Shown here: positions 56,009 to 64,000 of the stretch, in pieces
How positions within the stretch are numbered: the first letter of the stretch is position 1
Layout: every line of letters begins with the position of its first letter
Origin: Blastocladiella emersonii ATCC 22665
Taxonomy: Eukaryota > Fungi > Blastocladiomycota
Length of the DNA: 64,000 nucleotides
Assembly (NCBI GenBank): GCA_025594325.1
Contig: JANHCV010000014.1
Location: 1,054,001-1,118,000 of the forward strand
Reading direction: 5' to 3'
Position numbers and translations under genes: made by a program
The notes under the pieces: model-generated
What the model was told of the DNA's origin: nothing
The model's input: only the letters and a program-made list of their open reading frames with translations
The model's database searches: none

Positions 56009-56420
56009 GGCGATGGGGGGCGTGTGCGACGCGGCGATGGCGGTCGGGGCGGGCGGGTTCGGAGGCGCGCGACGCGCAGGCAGCGAGGGCGTGCGAGACA
56101 GTGCGAGACACTTTTTCTCCCCTCCCACGCGTCGGTCGGTCGGCCGGGTCGCGTTGTTGACGACGAGAGGGACGCTACGCGATCGAGGGCACGAGCTAAA
56201 GGAGGGCGGAAGGAGCAGCGGAAAGTCCCAACGGGAACCCGAGAGACGGCGCAGGCCGGCCGCACGCGCCGAGAAAATGCGTGACCGCACGCATCACCTG
56301 CGATCCGCACCGCCCCACGTGCTGTCTCAACGCGCCCTCGAGACACTCGCCGAGCGCGCTCGCTTCTGCGGGCCGCCTCTCCTGCCCCAACACCACCAAA
56401 ACCATGCCCATGCAATTCCA

Positions 56421-57334
56421 ATGAAACTCGCTCACGCCGTCATCCACGCCCGCTCCGTCGCCACCACCCACGCCACCCCGCCGCGCCGACACCCGCTCGT
56501 CGTCCTGCACGGCCTGTTCGGGTCCAAGCAGAACTGGACGTCGCTGTCCAAGGCGCTGGCCCGCGCCACGGGTGCCACCGTGTGGTCGCTCGACCTGCGC
56601 AACCACGGCGAGTCGCCGCACCACCCGGCCATGACCTACGCCGCCATGGCCGACGACGTGCGCGGGTTCCTCGCCGCGCACCACCTCACGGCGCCCGTCG
56701 TCGTCGGCCACTCCATGGGCGGCAAGGTCGCGATGCGGCTCGCCCTCGACTCCCCCGACGCCGTCGCGGGCGTCATGAGCCTCGATATGGCGCCCCGCGC
56801 ATTCAACCTCTCGCTCGTGTTCCCGCTCTACATTGCCGCCATGCGCGAGGTCGAGGCCGCTGAGCCCGCCAAGCTCGCGGACGCGGACCGGCTGCTGCAG
56901 CGCTACGTTCCCGTACGTTTTCCTGTACCCACTACCCTTGCCGCGCCACCAACCCACCCGAATCCGTACGGTAGGACACGGGCGTGCGCCAGTTCCTGCT
57001 GACCAACCTGAAGCGCACCGCCGACCACAAACTCCGGTTCCGCGTCCCGCTCGACACGCTGCGGGGCGCGCTGCCCGAGCTCGGCGATTTCGTGCCGCCC
57101 GCAGCCGTCACGCCGTACGTGGGGCCGGTCGCGCTCGTCGGCGCCAGCAAGGCCGACTACGTCCACCCGCGCATGCTGGCGGACATTCGGCGCGATTACT
57201 TTCCTAACGCGACGCTCGATATGATGGACGCGGGGCACTGGCTGCACGCCGAGCGGCCGGCCGAGGTGATCAACCACATTGCGGCGTTCCTTGACCGCGT
57301 CAAGGGGACCTCGAGTAATAGACCGACTATGTAG
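56421..57334 (+). CDS. ABHD11: Alpha/beta hydrolase, ABHD11/YbfF family
   Basis: Exons 56421-56912 and 56975-57334. LHGLFGSKQNW, DLRNHGESPH, GHSMGGK, DMAP, RQFLLTNL, AGHWLHAERP. Confidence 0.9.
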
Positions 57335-57428
57335 ACGAATGAACGCGGCATCCATTTTCTCGTGAGCAAACAATCGACACAAACAGCACGGCGCCCGCAC
57401 CGGCGCCCACCTCCCCCAAACCCACACC

Positions 57429-59624
57429 TTACAGCTTGGCCTTGCCCATGACACCGACCTCCTGCTCGGCCGTCTTGCCCGCCGCGAGCTTGGCGTACAT
57501 GGCGTCGATCTCGCGCCGGTACGCGTCGGCCGCCTGCGGCCGCTTGAGCTTGAACGACGGCGTGAGCAGGTTGTTCTCGACCGAGAAGGGCTCGTGGATC
57601 AGGTGCACCGCCTTGACAAACTCGAACCCGCGCAGCTTCTTCTCCTTGCCGACCACCGTGAGCTCGTGCAGGAACGCCGCGGCCACGGCCGGGTCCGCGC
57701 ACAGCTCCTTGACCGTGGCCGTCGCCGGCTTGCCCAGCTGCTTCTGCGCCCACGGCAGGAACGCCTCGTCGTTGGGCACCGCCACGGCAACGAGCTCCGA
57801 CTGCAGCGAATCGCCGTGCACGAAGATCTGGCCGACCAGCGGGCAGAGGACCAGGATGTTTTCGATCCTACATGGTTCACGAGGCTCGTTAGAACTTACG
57901 ACCCGTAAATCACATGAAAATGATACGTACTTCTCTGGTGCGACATACTCGCCCTGAGCGAGCTTGAAGATATTCTTCTTCCGGTCGATGATGGCGAGGC
58001 AGCCCCGGTCCGTGATCAGTCCAATGTCGCCCGTGTGGAACCAGCCGTCGGCATCGAGCGCCTCCTTGGTCTTCCCGGGCTCCTTCCAGTACCCGGAGAA
58101 GACGGACGGGCCACGGACACAGATCTCGCCGCGCGGGAACGGCTTGTCCGTCGACAGGTAGTTCATCTCGGGCACGTCGACGAGGCAGATCTCGGCGCTC
58201 GGGAACGGCGCGCCGACGTTCCCCGCAATGTACTCGCCGGGGAGCTGGATGCAGGTGCCCGCGCACGTCTCGGTGGCGCCGTACCCCTCGACGATATAGG
58301 CGGCGAACGCGATGCGGAGGAACTGCAGCACGTCCTTGCCGATGGGCGCGGACCCCGTGATCATGAACCGCACGCGGCCGCCGAGGACCTGCTGCACCTT
58401 GGAGAAGAGCAGCTTGTCCCAGAAGGCGTGGGTGACGCCGCCGCCCGACTCGAGGCGGGCGAGCTTGTCGGCGACGGCGCGGCGGAACAGGACGCCGCGG
58501 ACGCCGGGCGCGTCGATGGTCGCGGAGCGCACCTTGAGGTAGATGCGGTTGAGCAGGCGCGGGACCGACGGGAACACGGTCGGGCGGAGCGCCTGGATGT
58601 CCTCGACGAGCAGGTTGACGTCGCCGCGCGAGAAGCCGACCTTGGCGCCGCCCGACAGCGCCTGCGAGACCACGGACCGCTCGAAGATGTGGGCGAGCGG
58701 GAGGTACGACAGGTGCACGTCGTCGTTGGTGATGGACTCGCCGTAGTACGCCAGCACGTTCTGCGCCGCCATGGCGCGGTGCGTCAGCATCACGCCCTTG
58801 GGCTCGCCCGTGGTCCCCGACGTGTAGCACAGCGTGCACAGGTCCGACGGCGTCGGCGGCGTGTGCTTGAGCGGCGCCGTCGCGCCCAGGTCCTCGATCT
58901 CGGCAAACGTGTACACCTTGAGGTCCTTTTCCTCGGCCCACAGCTTGAGGTACTGGCCCGAGGGGGTGTCGAGCGGGTCCATGGAGATGAGCACCGCGAG
59001 GTCCGGGCACAGGTGGCGCACCTTGATGAGGTTGACGAGCTTGTCGGCGGACGCGACCACGACGCGCAGCTCGGCGTGGTTGATGATGAACTGCAGCGTG
59101 TCGGGGCCCAGCGTGTCGTAGAGCGACACGGACGCCATGGCGTAGGCCGAGCACGCGCCGTCGGCGATCAGCCACTCGGGGCGATTGACCGAGTAGAGCC
59201 CGAGGTGGTGCAGGGCGGGCTTGCCGGGGGCGAAGGCCGTCTTGGGCGGGCCCGAGAGCGGGACGACCACGTCGTTGAGGACGCGGGTCAGGCCCGACCC
59301 GAAGTGCGTCATGCGCTCGGCGACGCGGCCGTACGACTCCCACTGGTAGTCGCTCCACACGCGCTTGGCCGGGTCAGGCGAGTCGGCGACCAGCTTGCGC
59401 ACGCCAAAGCAGTCGGCCTTGGGCCACGCCTTGGCCGCGAAGAAGAAGGACTCGTACAGCGTGCGCGGCTGCCCGTTGATCGGGCTGTGCTCGACCAGCG
59501 CCTCGGGCGCAACCGCGTTGCGGTACGCCGGCGTCGCCCCCGCGCGCGCGCTGCCCGGCACGGGCACCGACTGCTTGCGCAGGTTGAGGGGGCGAGGGGC
59601 GAACGGCTTCTCGGCGGTCGTCAT
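57429..59624 (-). CDS. Long-chain fatty acyl-CoA synthetase, probably peroxisomal (PTS1 -AKL)
   Basis: [64 protein letters not shown] after removing the in-frame 63-nt intron 57930-57868; C-terminal AKL. Confidence 0.93.
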   Translation of the reverse strand: [731 protein letters not shown]

Positions 59625-61104
59625 GGTGGTGTTTAGAGAGTGCTACGAATGGGAAGGGTCAGCAGTGCATCCATGTAACGGCCCGAGCATGAGTGCATAC
59701 CGCGGTCGTATCGGTATCGCTTACGAGCGGGCAGGGGCGGGACGGGAGAGAGAGGGGGCGACGGGCAGGCTTCACGTCTTGAGCGCCAGGGGGAGAGCAG
59801 GCAGGGAGAGCAGTCAGGCGGGAAGCGCGGGCCCGCACGACCCGACCCGAGCGAGCCGATCCGACCCGGCCGCGGCGAGCGAACGAACGCGTGCGTTTCA
59901 CGCCGCGTGACCGCCCCAACTGACGTCACTGACGCCACGATCGCCATTCAGCGGTCAGGTGAGTGGCGCGGCGCGTCCCCTCGTCGTTCGCCGCGGCCGT
60001 CAAGGGAGTTGGTCTCGCCAACCGCAGGAGATGATGAGCGGGGATGTGGGACACTCGAAGCGCTGCTGCTCACATAACGCGGTAACCTATGGCGCGAGCA
60101 AACACGCTGGCCGACCTACCCTCCGCTTGCGCTCGACTTTGCATCGACCGAGCCGCAACACATGATGTACATGGTCTCGGACTACGAAAGAGTGTCTCAA
60201 TGCAGTTAAGATAAGCCACTGGTCGATCGCTCCACTATACTGTGCTGCTCGTCCATCAAACATTGTGCTGACGGCGGCCCGCAAGGGTTCGGTGCGAGCT
60301 CGCTGGCAATCCCGTCATGCTTTCCAAACCGTAGTCTCGGCGTTATTATAGTTCCGACCTCTCAATGGTGGTCATTCTAGAGTTAGGTCCCTTGGACTTG
60401 TTTGGACGTCGTGTAACGTTGCGCGGAACTCCTGTATGCTCACCAGCGCATTCGCACCGTGCCGAAGGCGGTCGCGAAGTAGTAGATCTCATGCTGCGCA
60501 AAGATTTCCATCACTCAAGAGTTTATCGAGTATCGAGTATGGCCACAACCTTAGGAGCTGGACTTGGCAGCGGGCACGCCGTCGCGGGTCAGGAGCCGCC
60601 TCGTGCGCTGACCGAGCAAGCAGCCCGATCAGGGACGAGACCAAGTAAACTTTCTATGCTCATGTACAACCTTCCAATTACACCTTAATCACTAGACTCG
60701 CTCCGCGACGAGTACAGCCGTGCGGCCCGACCGGTAACGACCCGACCTGGTCGGGACGGCCGACCCACCACAACCAACTAGCGACCGACTCAAACAATGA
60801 TTGTCTCAATCCATCGCATCAAGCTGGATGCTCCTCGAGCAATACATTGAAGCGTACCGTAGAGAGGCTCGCGAAAGCAGCGCGACCGGCGGCCTCCCGA
60901 TCAAGCATCAGCTGATGCGTGGCGTCGGCCCCAGATTGCTCGAAACCGCCCTCAGATGCCCCGGCCCTTCTCGACACCTCGCTGTTCGCGTTCGAAGCGC
61001 AAGACCCGCTCTCGCACAACCCTGGCCTCTCCATGCAACTAGCGACGCATCGCGCGCCTACTTGATCTCTTGCACTTCTGCCGCGCCGCCTTGCTTCAGC
61101 GACC

Positions 61105-63944
61105 ATGGAGTTCGCCCTGGCCGGCTTCGCCATCAGCGTGGGCCTCAAGGACATTGGGAGCCTTCTTTCGAAGCTCAAGGACCTGGTCGAGGCCATCAAC
61201 ACGGCGCGCGAGTTCCTTGAACTCAGCCGGGTCCCTCTGCGCCGGTGCACGCACCTGTACGATGCGCTCAACTCGGCGCCGCTTGACGCCGACGGCGAGC
61301 CGCCGGCCGCGCTGGCGAAACCGACGATGCTGCTCCGCGACACGCTGGCCAAGATTGTGTAGACGGCGACCAAGCTGGCCAAGGCCCCGCTGCTCAAGCG
61401 CGTCATGTTTGCGCAGCAGCACCGCGACACGCTCGTCGAGGCGGGCAACACGCTGACGCAGCTCGCCGGCGATCTCCAGCTCGCGGTGCAGCTCAGCTTC
61501 TCGCCGCTGGAGATGACGGCCGAGATCAAGCTTGCGACCGAGGCCGCGAATGCGTCGCTGCTGGGATCGATGGAGGAGCTGCTTGCCATGCACCACTCGG
61601 AGCTATACCGCGACCTCGCGCTCAACAACAAGGACGTGCCCGAGGCGCTCGCGGCGCTGCAGAGCCGGCTCAACGCGTCCGAGGTGCAGAACGACAAGAT
61701 GATGCATATGATGCAGCAAATGTTCAAGAACTTGCACGGCACGATCGTGCGCCACTCAACGATCCACATTGAGCGCACCGACAGCGAGAAGGCGCTCGAC
61801 CGCTTAGCCGTGACCTCGTTTGATTTCACCGAGTCGGACATCGTTTTGGGCCGCGGCGGCTTTGGCGAGGTCGTATCCGCGACGTGGATCAAGTCCAAGA
61901 CCGAGGTCGCCATCAAACGCCTACTCCCGCTCGAGGGCCGGCTGCAAGCCGACCGCCCCGTCATGGACATGGTCGCCAAGGAGGCGCTGATCTGGAGCAA
62001 CCTGCACCACCCGCACATCCTGCCGCTGCTCGGCGTCTCGCTTACGTGCAACACGCCGTTCCTCGTGATGCCGCTCATGGAGGGCGGCGACCTGTCCAAA
62101 TACGCCGCGGGCCGGCCGCGCGAGCACCTCCGGCTGCTGCACGAGACGGCGCAGGGCATGGCGTACCTGCACGGCGAGCGGATCCTGCACGGCGATCTCA
62201 AGGCCAACAACGTGCTCGTCGACGGGTACGGCCGCGCCCAGGTGTGCGACTTTGGCCAGTCGCGCGCGCTCTCGCAGGCCAGCCGCGCGTCCACGTTCAA
62301 GAGCGGGTCCGTCGGCAACGTGCGCTGGATGGCGCCCGAGCGGTACAAGCGCGGCGCCAAGTACGACTTACACCCGGACTTGTTTGCTTTCGCAATGCTT
62401 GCGTACGAGGTGGTTGCGGGGAACATTCCGTTCCACGACGAGCACGATGTCGAAGTGGTCAAGGACTGGATCAAGGAGGGCGAGCGCCCGGACCCGCCGA
62501 CGGACGCGGCCAGTTACTCGCCCGAGCTTTGGGCGCTGGTCGTCAAGTGCTGGGCGCACGATTGGACGACGCGGCCGACCTTTGCGGCCGTCGTGACCGA
62601 GCTTAGTGTTCTGCGACCTCCTACTGCTTCTGCTTCTGATCTGCCCACTGTCACCGTCGTCAACCAGCTGACCGCTTTGAAGCTTTCTCCTGCCTCCTTG
62701 TCGCCCTCGTCGTCGGTCGAACTGCCTGTCGCGGCATCCGCAGATGGTTTCGAGGTCCATTCCTACCACTCGCTCCTGTCGCTACTCGTCCAGACTCACA
62801 CCACGTTTGACACGTTTTGTAGGGACTCGTCGTTCCGACCGAGCTCGACGGCGACCGCTTTATTTGGGAGCAGCGCCACAAGCTGGCCAGCGGCGCCCGG
62901 TCCTCGCTCAACGTGACCGAGCTGGCCGTAGGCCCGTACGGCCTGGACGTCATCGAGCGCGTGCGCGACTTTCCGCAGCAGCGGATGACGGAGCTGATCC
63001 TGGACGGCTGCGCGCTGGGCCCGAACGACGCGCGCACGCTCGCCACCAGCTTCCCGCGGACGCTGCGCGTGCTGAACCTGAACAACAACCCGCTCGGCGA
63101 CCGCGGCGTCAAGGCGATCGCGTACACGCTGCCCGAGGGCTTGGCTGAGCTGTACTTGTTCAACACCCAGATCACGGACATTGGCGTGTACGAGATTGTG
63201 GCGATGCTGCCGCGCACCATGACCGCGCTGTCGCTCGCGTGCAACCAGATCTCGGACAACGGCGCGATCGCGATCGCCGCGCGGATGCCGAGCATGCTCG
63301 ACGAGCTGTACCTCGGCGGCAACCAGTTCACCGACGAGGGCGCGATCGTGCTCGCGCCGTCGCTGCCGCGCAACCTGGCCCGGCTCTCGCTCGAGGTCAA
63401 CCGGATCGGCTACGCGGGCGCGGTCGCGATCGCGGCCCGGATGCCGCCGTCGCTGCGCGAGCTATCGCTGTACACCAACCAGATCACGTCCGCGGGCGCC
63501 GAGGCGCTCGCGTTCCAGTTCCCGCCCACGCTGAGGAAACTCAACCTGTCCAACAATCCGCTCGGCGACGCGGGCGCCGTCGCGATCGCGGCCCGGATGC
63601 CGCGCATGCTGTGCGAGCTGTACCTCGGCGGGACTGGGATCACGGATAGGGGCGCCGGGTACCTCGGCACGGCGCTCCCGCCGACGCTCATGAACCTCGG
63701 GCTCGAGAACAACCAGATCGGCGACTCCGGCGCGGGCGCTATTGCCGGAAACTTTCCGATGGCGCTGCGCATGCTGTTCTTGTCGGACAACCAGATTGGC
63801 GACGCGGGCGCCGAGGAGATTGCAAGGTACTTGCCCCAGTCGCTCGCGTCGCTGTACCTGCACGGGAACAAGGTTGGGTTCACGGGCCGCCGGGCGCTCA
63901 AGACGGTGCGGCACTATGATCTGTTGACGCTTTTTGAGATGTGA
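61105..63944 (+). CDS. MLKL-like four-helix-bundle + TKL-type protein kinase + LRR protein, with in-frame TAG at 61360-61362
   Basis: 61105-61362 and 61405-62916 share a frame separated by one TAG. Kinase: LGRGGFGEV, VAIK, HGDLKANNV, DFG, WMAPE, D.FAFA. A predicted intron 62755-62822 joins in phase to ~11 26-aa RI-type LRRs ending at 63944. Confidence 0.72.
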
Positions 63945-64000
63945 GCGAGTGTTGAACTTTGCGACTGTGCGACGGGCGCGGTTGCGTTCGGTTTTTGAGG

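Noticed and set aside
56421-59624. Lipid-metabolism cluster (ABHD11 plus acyl-CoA synthetase, convergent)
   Set aside because: Two ubiquitous housekeeping genes probably targeted to different organelles; adjacency alone is not evidence of a cluster.
59650-61100. Short ORFs and a cccgacc/ggtcggg hairpin upstream of the kinase gene
   Set aside because: No coding signature; the hairpin is short, single and expected by chance at this GC content.
61231-61362. An intron removing the TAG, since GTGTAG resembles this genome's acceptors
   Set aside because: The only nearby phase-0 donor (GTCCCT at 61231) is weak, has no clear branch point, would give a 132-nt intron and would delete codon-biased helical sequence. 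Not fully excluded without RNA data.

Overview
GC-rich eukaryotic genomic DNA. Genes are compact, with 51-70 nt GT-AG introns (donors mostly GTAC/GTAT/GTGC, branch points (G/A)CT(A/G)AC, acceptors often GTGTAG) and strong G/C third-position codon bias. Gene content (KIF12 kinesin, Thg1, F-box-like/ankyrin-like family) suggests a zoosporic early-diverging fungus, Blastocladiomycota-like; this is inference. Two gene-dense blocks (~1.3-16.7 kb and ~23-40.6 kb) and a terminal block (53.3-64 kb) encode: a half-RCC1 protein, THG1, an EF-hand type II NADH dehydrogenase, KIF12, a mitochondrial NAD-type carrier, a stand-alone Nup96, a PPR-like protein, an FHA-GAF-adenylyl cyclase, SDH8, a ~2,730-aa CH-CH/rod/GAR spectraplakin-like protein, ABHD11, a peroxisomal long-chain acyl-CoA synthetase and an MLKL-like four-helix-bundle/kinase/LRR gene with one in-frame TAG. 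Two accessory regions (16.8-23 kb and 40.7-53.3 kb) hold Helitron remnants, decayed paralog families, a 26-bp minisatellite with CpG-decay signature and a TATA-preceded three-intron unit with no convincing ORF. Best leads: the spectraplakin-like linker, the MLKL-kinase-LRR gene, the 523-nt hairpin-rich THG1 intron and the spliced non-coding unit next to the minisatellite. All family calls are by motif recognition, not database search.
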